Source: Patescibacteria group bacterium
Lineage (GTDB): Bacteria; Patescibacteriota; Minisyncoccia; Phycocordibacterales; WO2-35-19
Length of the DNA: 52,123 bases
Direction of reading: 5' to 3'
NCBI GenBank assembly: GCA_038065655.1
Contig: JBBTQO010000013.1
Span: 1-52,123, forward strand
In this document: in pieces, positions 1-10,588 of the stretch
Position numbering within the stretch: position 1 is the stretch's first letter
How the letters are laid out: every line of letters starts with the position of its first letter
Program-made: the position numbers and the translations under genes
Notes under the pieces: model-generated
What the model was told of the DNA's origin: nothing
Database searches by the model: none
The model's input: only the letters and a program-made list of their open reading frames with translations

Positions 1-77
1 CGACCGGCGGAAGCTATCTCCAAAACAAATGTCTATGTGAGTGCGAACCGCCGGCCACGCCACAACACATTTATATA

Positions 78-112
78 ATAACTCACCCCACCCTCTCTTA
101 CAACAAGAAAGG
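78..112. repeat. Palindromic element family A, short copy
   Basis: ATAACTCA followed by hairpin CCTCTCTT-ACAAC-AAGAAAGG; same motif as 27771-27830, 39208-39265 and 39284-39330. Confidence 0.6.
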
Positions 113-125
113 TTTTTAATAAACG

Positions 126-146
126 AAAAACCGCCATTGCTGGCGG
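126..146 (-). terminator. Intrinsic terminator
   Basis: Stem CCGCCA/TGGCGG (131-136/141-146) followed by a U-run on the minus strand. Confidence 0.6.
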
Positions 147-200
147 CCTTTCGCAGACATTCATTTGTGCTGAAGGTTGCCCTTTAGCACTCACATATAG

Positions 201-228
201 AGTATAGCATATTACAAAAATAATGCAA
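201..228 (-). promoter_or_regulatory. Sigma70-type promoter
   Basis: Minus strand TTGCAT-N16-TATACT with TG extension (TGcTATACT). Confidence 0.5.
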
Positions 229-237
229 CAAAATCTT

Positions 238-284
238 GAGGGTGACCATTTGGGGCATGGTCTTCAAGGGTCACCCTCTGGAAA
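238..284. repeat. Inverted-repeat element family B
   Basis: GAGGGTGACC/GGTCACCCTC arms; minus strand reads TTTTCCAG-arm...GCCCCAAA-arm, like 40507-40557 and 51222-51269. Confidence 0.75.
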
Positions 285-300
285 AGGTCACCTTTGGCTT

Positions 301-2496
301 TTAGGGATTTCTCCCGGCTTTTATTTCATTTATATAGTATTCCCCCTTTTCTTTGAAGTCAGGATTTAATCTTATGATTTCTTCCAAAGTCTGGATGGCT
401 TCTTGCCTTCTCCCCGCCTGCAGATAAGCCGCCGTTAAAGTAATTCTGTGTTGCAAATTTGTTGGATCAAGTTGGATTCTTCTTTGAGCTATATTTATTA
501 CTTCTTGATATTGATTGATGGCGATGAGGATTGCGATATATCTGTCGTCAAAAATAATTTTAGATTCTGGTATGCCTTGCATAAGTTCGTTTGCCAGAGA
601 CTTGTTGCCGGAAGCCAACAAAGTTAAACTGTAAACAAATTTGGCTTCTTCATAAGACGGTTCAAGTTCATAAGCAGTTTTGGCCGCCTGCACCGCTTCT
701 GTCACTTTGCCATCCATAAGAAAATTGCTTGTGAGTTCAAAATATATTTGTTGTTTTTTAGGAGAAAGTTTTTGAGCCTCTTTCAACTGTTCAACCGCTC
801 GTCCATACCAACCAAATCGAGAAAGGAAAGTGCCGTAGAAAATATGATAACGAGCATCGTTGGGCACTCTGGCAATATGTTTTTTAAAAGCGTTATCTAC
901 AGTATCAAACAATTTTTGCTTTAGCTCTGGAGAAGCATTTTGATTAGTGGCTACATTTATAGCAGTCTGAGATATATGTTCCAAAGCTTCAGAAAATCCC
1001 ATGCCATAACCAGAAAGAGGTTTAGTATATTCTTCAATCGTGCCTATCTTGCCTTCATTATTTAAGCTCAAAACGGCCAACAAATTTTTATTTTGTTGCC
1101 ATGGCAGATAAATAATAAAATACAAAATGGCTACTAAAAATATAAAAACGAAAGCTTCAATAATTGGTTTTGTTTTTTCGCTTTCAAACATGCCTTTAAG
1201 TTTAATTGAAATTTTATCCCAAAGAGCAAACTGGGTCTCCGATGCGTGAGAATGTATGTAGGCAAGAATAGTAAAGAATAAAATGTAACTGCTTATCTGA
1301 TCAAAAACAAAAAGATTGTTAAAAACGTAAGCAGAGATGAGGCCGAGCATTACCGCCTTTTCATTCTTGGTCAAATTTTCTTCTTTAGATTTGAAAATAT
1401 AAAAAAGTAGAGCAAAAAAGATGGAAGCGTAAGAAAGAAAACCAAGAGCTCCCCCGGCAATGAGCCAATCAAGCGGAGTGTTGTGGGCTCGGTCAAACCA
1501 TGGCTCCTGATTATACATTCGAGGATCATAATATTTATTGAAAACAAAGTTAAATCCTTCCTGACCCCAACCAAAAATTGGTTTTTCAATAAAACCTTTC
1601 ATAGCCATCGGCCAAACAAAATACCTGCCTTGAGTTTTAATTTCAGAAAATGAAAGAGTGGCAAATCGGCTCAAAACCGGACTATTTTTTACATAAGAAG
1701 TATTTTTAATAGCCAAAAACAGACCCACAAAAACAACCAAAACAATGACTCCAATACCCGCAATTTTCCTTATTTTCTGACCTTTTTCAGACCTCAGAGC
1801 TAAAAAGGCAAAAGTGACCAGGGCGCCGCCGAAAAGGCCTAAAATCGCCCCCCTAGTGGCCGTAAAGTAAAGTACAGTGATATTCATCAGAGTTACCACT
1901 ACAAGCAATATCCTTTGCCACAACTCCTTAAACCTAAAGAAAAGCAGACCAGCAAAGAAAATGTGGAAAACCATATATATACCAAGATATGAGGCATTGC
2001 CAAGTGTCCCGTCCACTCTCACCCCACCCTGATTGATAGCGACCTTGCCAGCAATTTGAAAGAAAGAATAGACCGCCATCATAGCCGAGGCGCCAATGCT
2101 AGTAGCCAAAAGTTTGTTCCATAGACTTTGAACATTTAGCACAGAACCCATCACTACGAAATAGGCGCCAAGGTGGAGAAGGGTGATATAGCCTTCCATT
2201 CTTTCATAGTTGCTCCAAAAAGCTTTGAAAGGATTTTGAGCAAAAATATCAGCCAACCCCATCACTATCAAAAATGTAAGCACCGCTCCTAAAATCCAAG
2301 AAAACTTAGGCCTATAAGTTTCGTCCCTCACTGCCAGTATCAAATAACAAGCCAAAATTATTTCAACAATAACTCTAAAAACAAAGGCTTTGCCTGTAAT
2401 AAAAGGAAAGAAAAGCGAGGAACTAACAATAAAAGGCACAAACGGTATGGCAAAAAGGCCGGCTAGGATAATGTATTTAAGCTGGTTATTGGACAT
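301..2496 (-). CDS. O-antigen ligase (Wzy_C) family membrane protein with C-terminal TPR repeats
   Basis: Multiple TM segments, GTLGN...YL motif, RAHN...LD motif, TPR-like C-terminus. Confidence 0.85.
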   Translation of the reverse strand: MSNNQLKYIILAGLFAIPFVPFIVSSSLFFPFITGKAFVFRVIVEIILACYLILAVRDETYRPKFSWILGAVLTFLIVMGLADIFAQNPFKAFWSNYERMEGYITLLHLGAYFVVMGSVLNVQSLWNKLLATSIGASAMMAVYSFFQIAGKVAINQGGVRVDGTLGNASYLGIYMVFHIFFAGLLFFRFKELWQRILLVVVTLMNITVLYFTATRGAILGLFGGALVTFAFLALRSEKGQKIRKIAGIGVIVLVVFVGLFLAIKNTSYVKNSPVLSRFATLSFSEIKTQGRYFVWPMAMKGFIEKPIFGWGQEGFNFVFNKYYDPRMYNQEPWFDRAHNTPLDWLIAGGALGFLSYASIFFALLFYIFKSKEENLTKNEKAVMLGLISAYVFNNLFVFDQISSYILFFTILAYIHSHASETQFALWDKISIKLKGMFESEKTKPIIEAFVFIFLVAILYFIIYLPWQQNKNLLAVLSLNNEGKIGTIEEYTKPLSGYGMGFSEALEHISQTAINVATNQNASPELKQKLFDTVDNAFKKHIARVPNDARYHIFYGTFLSRFGWYGRAVEQLKEAQKLSPKKQQIYFELTSNFLMDGKVTEAVQAAKTAYELEPSYEEAKFVYSLTLLASGNKSLANELMQGIPESKIIFDDRYIAILIAINQYQEVINIAQRRIQLDPTNLQHRITLTAAYLQAGRRQEAIQTLEEIIRLNPDFKEKGEYYINEIKAGRNP

Positions 2497-2540
2497 ATTT
2501 TTATATTAACATAAAGAAATAAATATGCTAAGGTTGTCTT

Positions 2541-4449
<1,909 letters not shown>

Positions 4450-4456
4450 AAAAAAT

Positions 4457-4497
4457 CTCTTATTTCTGCTATTATATTTCATATTATGAAAACAGCA
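4457..4497 (+). repeat. 41-bp direct repeat, copy 1 (promoter plus start codon)
   Basis: CTCTTATTTCTGCTATTATATTTCATATTATGAAAACAGCA; 3 mismatches to 5459-5499. Confidence 0.9.
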
Positions 4498-5445
4498 CTA
4501 GTATGCGGGGCCGGAGGATTTATAGGTAGTCATCTTGTAAAAAAACTTAAAAAAGAGAAGTTTTGGGTTAGGGGTATAGACCTGAAGATGCCCGAGTACA
4601 GCAAAAGCTCTGCCGACGAGTTCATCGTCGGCGACTTAAGAAAACCAGAAGTGTGCCAGAAAATTTTGAATAAGTCTTTTAACGAAGTGTACCAGTTGGC
4701 AGCTGATATGGGAGGTGCTGGGTATATTTTTACTGGGGAACATGATGCGTGTGTTATGCACAATTCAGCAACAATCAACCTTAACATTGCGCACTATGGA
4801 CAAAAAGCGGGAATCAAGAAAATTTTTTATTCTTCATCTGCTTGTATCTATCCAGCCGAAAACCAAACTGATCCAAATAACCCAAATTGCGCTGAAAATT
4901 CTGCCTATCCAGCTAACCCAGACAGCGAGTACGGGTGGGAAAAACTTTTTAGCGAGAGGATGTATTTATCTTTTTATAGAAATTACGGATTGCAGGTAAG
5001 AATTGCGCGCTTTCATAACATTTTTGGACCAGAGGGTACATGGAAAGGTGGTAAAGAAAAAGCTCCCGCCGCGATTTGTCGAAAAGTGGCAGAGACTCCA
5101 GAGAGCGGAGAAATAGAGATTTGGGGTGACGGCAAACAAACCAGGTCATTTCTATATATTGATGAATGTCTTAATGGCATCAGACATTTGATGGATTCCA
5201 ATTTTACAGGACCTGTAAATATCGGGTCAGAAGAAATGATATCCATAAACGATCTGGCGAAAATGATTATGAAAATTGCAGATAAAAAGTTAAAGATTAA
5301 ACACATAAAAGGCCCTTTGGGGGTTAGGGGCAGAAATTCAGACAACAAGCTGATTTTTGAAAAACTTGGGTGGAAACCGTCAAAACCCCTTATAGAAGGA
5401 ATAAAAAAAACTTACAAATGGATAGAGGAACAAATCTGTAAATAA
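4486..5445 (+). CDS. GDP-mannose 3',5'-epimerase-like extended SDR (copy 1)
   Basis: GAGGFIGSH, LAADMGG, SSACIYP, YGWEK, RFHNIFGPEGTWKGGKEKAPAAICRK, GVRGRNSDN match plant GME signatures. Confidence 0.85.
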   Translation: MKTALVCGAGGFIGSHLVKKLKKEKFWVRGIDLKMPEYSKSSADEFIVGDLRKPEVCQKILNKSFNEVYQLAADMGGAGYIFTGEHDACVMHNSATINLNIAHYGQKAGIKKIFYSSSACIYPAENQTDPNNPNCAENSAYPANPDSEYGWEKLFSERMYLSFYRNYGLQVRIARFHNIFGPEGTWKGGKEKAPAAICRKVAETPESGEIEIWGDGKQTRSFLYIDECLNGIRHLMDSNFTGPVNIGSEEMISINDLAKMIMKIADKKLKIKHIKGPLGVRGRNSDNKLIFEKLGWKPSKPLIEGIKKTYKWIEEQICK

Positions 5446-5458
5446 TAGTGGAAAAAAA

Positions 5459-5499
5459 CTCTTATTTCTGCTATTATATTTCAGATTATGGAAACAACA
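5459..5499 (+). repeat. 41-bp direct repeat, copy 2
   Basis: CTCTTATTTCTGCTATTATATTTCAGATTATGGAAACAACA; includes the wzm start codon. Confidence 0.9.
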
Positions 5500-6306
5500 G
5501 TCATAAGGCCTCGTAAAACTTTTAGTCTGAAAGACATTAAAGAGCTTTGGCAATATCGTGAGCTCTTATATTTCTTTGTCTGGCGAGATTTAAAAGTGCG
5601 TTATAAACAAACCTTTGTAGGAGTAGCGTGGGCGATATTTCAACCATTTATTACCATGGTGATTTTTTCCATATTTTTTGGCTCTCTCGCCAAAATGCCA
5701 TCCGATGGAGTACCCTATCCTATTTTTGTTTATGTTGGTCTTTTATTTTGGCAATTTTTTTCAACCGCTCTTTCAGACACCAGCAACACTTTAATAAGCA
5801 ATCAATCCATCATAACTAAAGTCTACTTTCCTAGACTGATTTTACCTATTTCAAGTGTTATGACAAAATTCGTAGATTTTTTAATTGCCACTTTAATATT
5901 GATCGGCCTCATGTTTTATTACGGATATATGCCCCACATTTCAGGACTTTTAATTTTACCATTATTGCTTCTTATTACTTTTATGGCTTCCGTTGGGCTT
6001 GGACTTTTCCTAGCTTCTATCAACGTCAAATACAGAGATGTTAGATACGCTTTGCCATTTTTTATTCAGATTATGCTATTTCTAACTCCAGTCATTTATC
6101 CCGCTTCTATTGCCGGAAAATATTCCTTCCTCTTGGCCATCAATCCAATGACCGGAGTTATCCAAAGCGCCAGAGCTGCCATCCTTGGTACCACCCCAAT
6201 CAATTGGTTACTCATAGAAATCTCATTTATAAGCACTTCAATATTGATGATATTAGGTATATATGTATTTAAGAAAACTGAAAGATATTTCGCTGATATT
6301 ATTTAA
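5488..6306 (+). CDS. wzm: Polysaccharide ABC transporter permease
   Basis: RDLKVRYKQT..G..W...QP, KVYFPR, YRDV, NPMTGVI; six TM segments. Confidence 0.93.
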   Translation: METTVIRPRKTFSLKDIKELWQYRELLYFFVWRDLKVRYKQTFVGVAWAIFQPFITMVIFSIFFGSLAKMPSDGVPYPIFVYVGLLFWQFFSTALSDTSNTLISNQSIITKVYFPRLILPISSVMTKFVDFLIATLILIGLMFYYGYMPHISGLLILPLLLLITFMASVGLGLFLASINVKYRDVRYALPFFIQIMLFLTPVIYPASIAGKYSFLLAINPMTGVIQSARAAILGTTPINWLLIEISFISTSILMILGIYVFKKTERYFADII

Positions 6307-6310
6307 ATTT

Positions 6311-7540
6311 ATGCATGATTCAAAACCCATCATTGAAATAAAAGGTATAGGGAAAAAATATAACATCACTCATCAAAGAGGTGGTTATGTTTCTTTGCGT
6401 GATGTTTTGATGAATATATTGAAATCTCCATTTTCTTTTTTAAAAACTAAAGCCAAACAAGTGGTCGGCCTTGAAAAAAAAGAAGATTTTTGGGCTCTTA
6501 AAGATGTTTCTTTTAATGTCCAAAGAGGAGAAGTGATAGGCATCATAGGATCAAATGGCGCTGGCAAATCAACCCTCCTTAAAATACTTTCTCAAATCAC
6601 TCCGCCAACCGAAGGAGAAATAATTTTACGAGGTCGAGTGGGTTCCCTTCTAGAAGTGGGTACAGGCTTTCATCCAGAGCTAACGGGTAGGGAAAATATA
6701 TTTTTAAATGGAGCGATTTTAGGGATGAAGAAAAAAGAAATCGCAGAAAAATTTGATGAGATAGTTGCGTTTGCTGGCATAGAAAAATTTTTGGATACGC
6801 CGGTCAAATATTATTCCAGCGGTATGTATGTTCGCTTAGCTTTCTCGGTGGCCGCTCATATGGAACCAGATATTCTAATCGTAGACGAAGTCCTCGCTGT
6901 CGGCGACGCTGAATTTCAAAAAAAATGTCTCGGTAAAATGGAAGAAGTGACTCAAAAAAATGGGAGGACAATTTTATTTGTTAGCCATAATATGGGGGCT
7001 ATCCGACAATTATGCGAAAAGACAATAGTTCTAAACAAAGGGTCAATAGTAGATTTTATAGAAACAGAAAAGGCCATAGATATATATCTAAGCAAGACAA
7101 AAAGTGAAAAAATTATAATCCCCCTAAAAAACACAAACCGTGAAGAATTCAGAATAAAAAAAATAGAATTTAAAAATGATACCAATAAACCCTGGATAGT
7201 AGAATGCTTTGAAAAAATCAAAATAGAGGTTATAATGGAAATCACAGAAAATATACCCAATTTTAGGTTTGGGATTGGTATTAATTCTCTTAGTGGAGAA
7301 AGGATATCCACCGTCCATAGCGACGAAAAAACTTTAGAAAAAGGAGAATACTTGGTGTCTATTGAATTGGAAAACAGACTCGTTCCCGGCCGTTATGAAT
7401 TAGGTTTAGGTGTATTAAACAGATACCAACTGCCGGGATTTAGTATATTAGAAGTTGAAAATAACAAAAACAATGACCATAAATGGTTTAATCCCGGATC
7501 AATTGATATAAAATCGGATTTTGTAATCAAAAAAAAATAA
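6311..7540 (+). CDS. wzt: Polysaccharide ABC transporter ATPase with C-terminal carbohydrate-binding (Wzt_C) extension
   Basis: GSNGAGKST, GFHPELTGRENI, YSSGM..RLAF, DEVLAVGD; likely start at 6311 after the wzm stop. Confidence 0.93.
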   Translation: MHDSKPIIEIKGIGKKYNITHQRGGYVSLRDVLMNILKSPFSFLKTKAKQVVGLEKKEDFWALKDVSFNVQRGEVIGIIGSNGAGKSTLLKILSQITPPTEGEIILRGRVGSLLEVGTGFHPELTGRENIFLNGAILGMKKKEIAEKFDEIVAFAGIEKFLDTPVKYYSSGMYVRLAFSVAAHMEPDILIVDEVLAVGDAEFQKKCLGKMEEVTQKNGRTILFVSHNMGAIRQLCEKTIVLNKGSIVDFIETEKAIDIYLSKTKSEKIIIPLKNTNREEFRIKKIEFKNDTNKPWIVECFEKIKIEVIMEITENIPNFRFGIGINSLSGERISTVHSDEKTLEKGEYLVSIELENRLVPGRYELGLGVLNRYQLPGFSILEVENNKNNDHKWFNPGSIDIKSDFVIKKK

Positions 7541-7544
7541 TATT

Positions 7545-8570
7545 ATGAAAAACAGAGTCGCCCGATTAGTTGAAATTGGTAAAATCGAGATCTTTGAAGA
7601 AGAGCTGCCTCCTTTGCAAAAAGATGAGGTTTTGGTGGCCATAAAATCAGTTGGGATATGCGGGTCCGATATTCATTATTTTTTAGAAGGAGGGTTAGGA
7701 TCATTTAAACAAAAACTTCCTATGGAGATGGGCCACGAACCTTCGGGAGTGGTTGTAGACTCTTTAGCTGACGGAGAATTTAATGAAAGAGACAGGGTTA
7801 CCATTGAACCGGGAAGAGCCTGTTTTTTTTGTAGCTGGTGCGTAAAGGGTAAACACAACCTATGCGAGAACGTTAAGTTTATGGGGGCAAATGCCCCAGG
7901 AGCGCTGGCAGATTACGTCATAGTACATAGGAGCCAGCTTGCAAAAATCCCCGCCAAAATGTCTTACAAGATGGCCGCCTTACTCGAGCCTCTCGGTATA
8001 GGTTTGCATGCCGCGAACTTAATCCAACCCAAGAACACCGAGAGCGTCGTCATCTTCGGGGCGGGACCGATTGGACTCTGTCTTATGAAGATCTTGCAGA
8101 AAGCTGGTATGAGTGAGATATATATGATTGACATCCTGCCATACCGCGTAAAATTTGCCGAAAAGATGGGCGCTACCAAGGCATTTCTGTTTCGAGACGC
8201 GATAGCTGAAATAAAAAAGTTAACAAATAATCGTGGTACAACATATACTTTTGATGCTGCGGGTGCCCAAGACTCTATTACGGCATGCGGTGAACTAGTA
8301 AGTGTGGGTGGAACCATTGGTCTTATTGGAATTCCAACAGATGACTTTATAAAATACAATCCTCACCGACTGCGAACAAAAGAAATCCGGATTCAAAATG
8401 TAAGACGCTCAAATCAGACCATGCACGACTGCGTCAAACTATTTTCAAACGACTTTGAATTGGAAAAAATAATTACCCATTCATTTGATTTTAAAGATGT
8501 TCAAAAAGGATTTGATCTGGTAAGTGCATTCAAGGGGAATGTAATTAAATGTGTTATCACCAATGACTAA
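7545..8570 (+). CDS. Zn-dependent medium-chain dehydrogenase (sorbitol/threonine dehydrogenase-like)
   Basis: GICGSD, GHE, CxxCxxCx7C structural Zn site, GAGPIG. Confidence 0.88.
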   Translation: MKNRVARLVEIGKIEIFEEELPPLQKDEVLVAIKSVGICGSDIHYFLEGGLGSFKQKLPMEMGHEPSGVVVDSLADGEFNERDRVTIEPGRACFFCSWCVKGKHNLCENVKFMGANAPGALADYVIVHRSQLAKIPAKMSYKMAALLEPLGIGLHAANLIQPKNTESVVIFGAGPIGLCLMKILQKAGMSEIYMIDILPYRVKFAEKMGATKAFLFRDAIAEIKKLTNNRGTTYTFDAAGAQDSITACGELVSVGGTIGLIGIPTDDFIKYNPHRLRTKEIRIQNVRRSNQTMHDCVKLFSNDFELEKIITHSFDFKDVQKGFDLVSAFKGNVIKCVITND

Positions 8571-9522
8571 ACCCACTTCATTTAACAAAAAACAAGCATA
8601 CAAATTACTCTATCGTGCTCGTCGTAGCGATGAAATGCTTGGAGAAGCTGTAAAGCAAGGGCATGTCCCACTCCCCATCCACCTCTCAATCGGTCAAGAA
8701 GCTGTCTCAGTCGGAGCATGTCTGGCATTAAAACCAAATGACATTGTATTTGGTACTTATCGTGGTCACGCACTCTATATAGCAAAAGGAGGAAATTTAA
8801 AAAAAATGTTTGCCGAACTTTATGGAAAAGCTACAGGCAGTGCTAAAGGTAAAGGGGGGTCAATGCATTTAATCGATGTGGGCGCGGGAGTTATGGGTAT
8901 GTCCGCAATCGTTGGCACAGGTATACCAAATGCGACCGGATATGCGCTCGGGATGCAATACCAAAAAAAAAGAAATGTTGTGGTTAATTTTTTCGGTGAT
9001 GGAGCTACCGAGGAAGGAGCTTTTCACGAGAGCCTAAATTTTGCCGCGCTTAAAAAACTCCCTATTATTTATATTTGCGAAAACAATAAGTATGCGATTA
9101 GTACGCATCAATCTATCCGCCAGTCAGAATTAAATATAGCCGTGCGTGCAAAGTCGTATGGGATTCGAGCAAAGGTAATCCAAGGGAATGATACACTTGC
9201 GATATATCAGGAGGTGAAGAAAGCTCGAGATGAAATACTTAAAAACAATTCAGGACCCATATTCTTTGAATGTATGACTTACCGATGGAGACAACACCTT
9301 GGTCCCAATGAAGACTTCGGACCCGGTGGCAGGGATATTAGAGAGGCCGAATGTTGGATAAAGAACGATGAACTTATACGCATAGGTAAACTCCTTCCAA
9401 TAAAAACCAAGCAGAAAATTGAATTGGTAGTTGAATCAGAGATAAAAAAAGCAATTCTCTTTGCAGAGAAGAGCCCCTATCCTGCTAAAAGAGATTTGTG
9501 GACTGATGTATTTGCACCATAA
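8563..9522 (+). CDS. TPP-dependent dehydrogenase E1 alpha-like subunit
   Basis: HLSIGQEA, YRGH, KGKGGSMH, GDG...ENN TPP-binding motif; ATG overlaps the upstream stop. Confidence 0.9.
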   Translation: MTKPTSFNKKQAYKLLYRARRSDEMLGEAVKQGHVPLPIHLSIGQEAVSVGACLALKPNDIVFGTYRGHALYIAKGGNLKKMFAELYGKATGSAKGKGGSMHLIDVGAGVMGMSAIVGTGIPNATGYALGMQYQKKRNVVVNFFGDGATEEGAFHESLNFAALKKLPIIYICENNKYAISTHQSIRQSELNIAVRAKSYGIRAKVIQGNDTLAIYQEVKKARDEILKNNSGPIFFECMTYRWRQHLGPNEDFGPGGRDIREAECWIKNDELIRIGKLLPIKTKQKIELVVESEIKKAILFAEKSPYPAKRDLWTDVFAP

Positions 9523-9527
9523 AAAAT

Positions 9528-10568
9528 ATGAAGCGTATTATTTCTTACACTGAAGCAATACTTGAAGCGACTGAACAAGAAATGATTCGGGATTCTTCTG
9601 TTATATTGCTTGGTCAAGGAGTCGATTATGACCGAGGACTCCTAGGTACCACGAAAGGTCTTGTAAATAAATTCGGGTTCAGACGCGTCTTTGATACCCC
9701 CCTTTCCGAAGATGGAATGACTGGTATTTCAATTGGCGCGGCGCTTGCTGGTTTACGACCAATACATACACATGTTCGCATGGATTTTCTGACTCTCACC
9801 ATGAATCAGCTTATAAATATCGCCGCCAAAGCTCGGTATATGTACGGAGGTCAAGTCAATGTCCCTTTGGTAATCCGTACACTTATAGGAGATGGCTGGG
9901 GAGCTCAACATTCGCAGGGTCTTCATTCACTTTTTGTAAATATTCCAGGTCTTAAAATTGTTGTTCCATCTACCCCCCACGATGCAAAAGGACTTCTTAT
10001 TCAAGCAATTCGCGACAACAATCCTGTTATTTTTGTTGAACATTTTAAATTATATGCCGAGGAAGGATATGTGCCTGAAAAGCCGTATGCAATTCCCTTT
10101 GGAAAAGCCGTTGTTCGAAAAAAAGGCACCGACATAACTTTGGTTGGAATTTCATATATGAATGTGGAGTGTCTTAACGCCGCCCATTACCTTGAAAAAG
10201 TAGGGGTAAGCGCTGAAGTTATTGACCCAGTCTCGCTCGCCCCACTGGATATTGACACAATTATCAAGTCTGTCCAAAAAACTGGGAAGCTTATAGTGGC
10301 TGACACAGCATGGACATCGTGTGGTGTTTCAGCAGAAATCGTGGCTCGGGTTGCTGAATATTTTGGAGCAAGAAAACAGATATCGCTAGAGCGCATTGGT
10401 TTTGCCCCCGTTCCCTCGCCGAATACTCCGGCCCTTGAAAAATATTTTTATCCGAACGCCGAAAGTATTGCTCGTACGGCGTTAAAAATGACGCACGGAA
10501 AGGGAGCAAAGATTACTTTTGCTACTCATAAACTAGACAAGAAGTCCGGAATGACAGAGAAGGTATGA
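9528..10568 (+). CDS. TPP-dependent dehydrogenase E1 beta-like subunit
   Basis: DTPLSE, GLRPI, QHSQ, PGLKIVVPSTP.DAKGLL, DNNPVIFVEH. Confidence 0.9.
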   Translation: MKRIISYTEAILEATEQEMIRDSSVILLGQGVDYDRGLLGTTKGLVNKFGFRRVFDTPLSEDGMTGISIGAALAGLRPIHTHVRMDFLTLTMNQLINIAAKARYMYGGQVNVPLVIRTLIGDGWGAQHSQGLHSLFVNIPGLKIVVPSTPHDAKGLLIQAIRDNNPVIFVEHFKLYAEEGYVPEKPYAIPFGKAVVRKKGTDITLVGISYMNVECLNAAHYLEKVGVSAEVIDPVSLAPLDIDTIIKSVQKTGKLIVADTAWTSCGVSAEIVARVAEYFGARKQISLERIGFAPVPSPNTPALEKYFYPNAESIARTALKMTHGKGAKITFATHKLDKKSGMTEKV

Positions 10569-10588
10569 GTATGCTAGTATAAAACCTC

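Noticed and set aside
4457-5499. 41-bp repeats as CRISPR repeats or IS ends
   Set aside because: There are only two copies, around a metabolic gene, and no transposase.
8563-10568. Housekeeping pyruvate dehydrogenase (pdhA/pdhB)
   Set aside because: No E2/E3 is nearby and the genes are coupled to glycan genes, so symbols were withheld; a housekeeping role cannot be excluded without the full genome.
10566-10568. Alternative genetic code (TGA = Gly)
   Set aside because: TGA ends the E1beta gene at its expected length, and all genes are intact in code 11.
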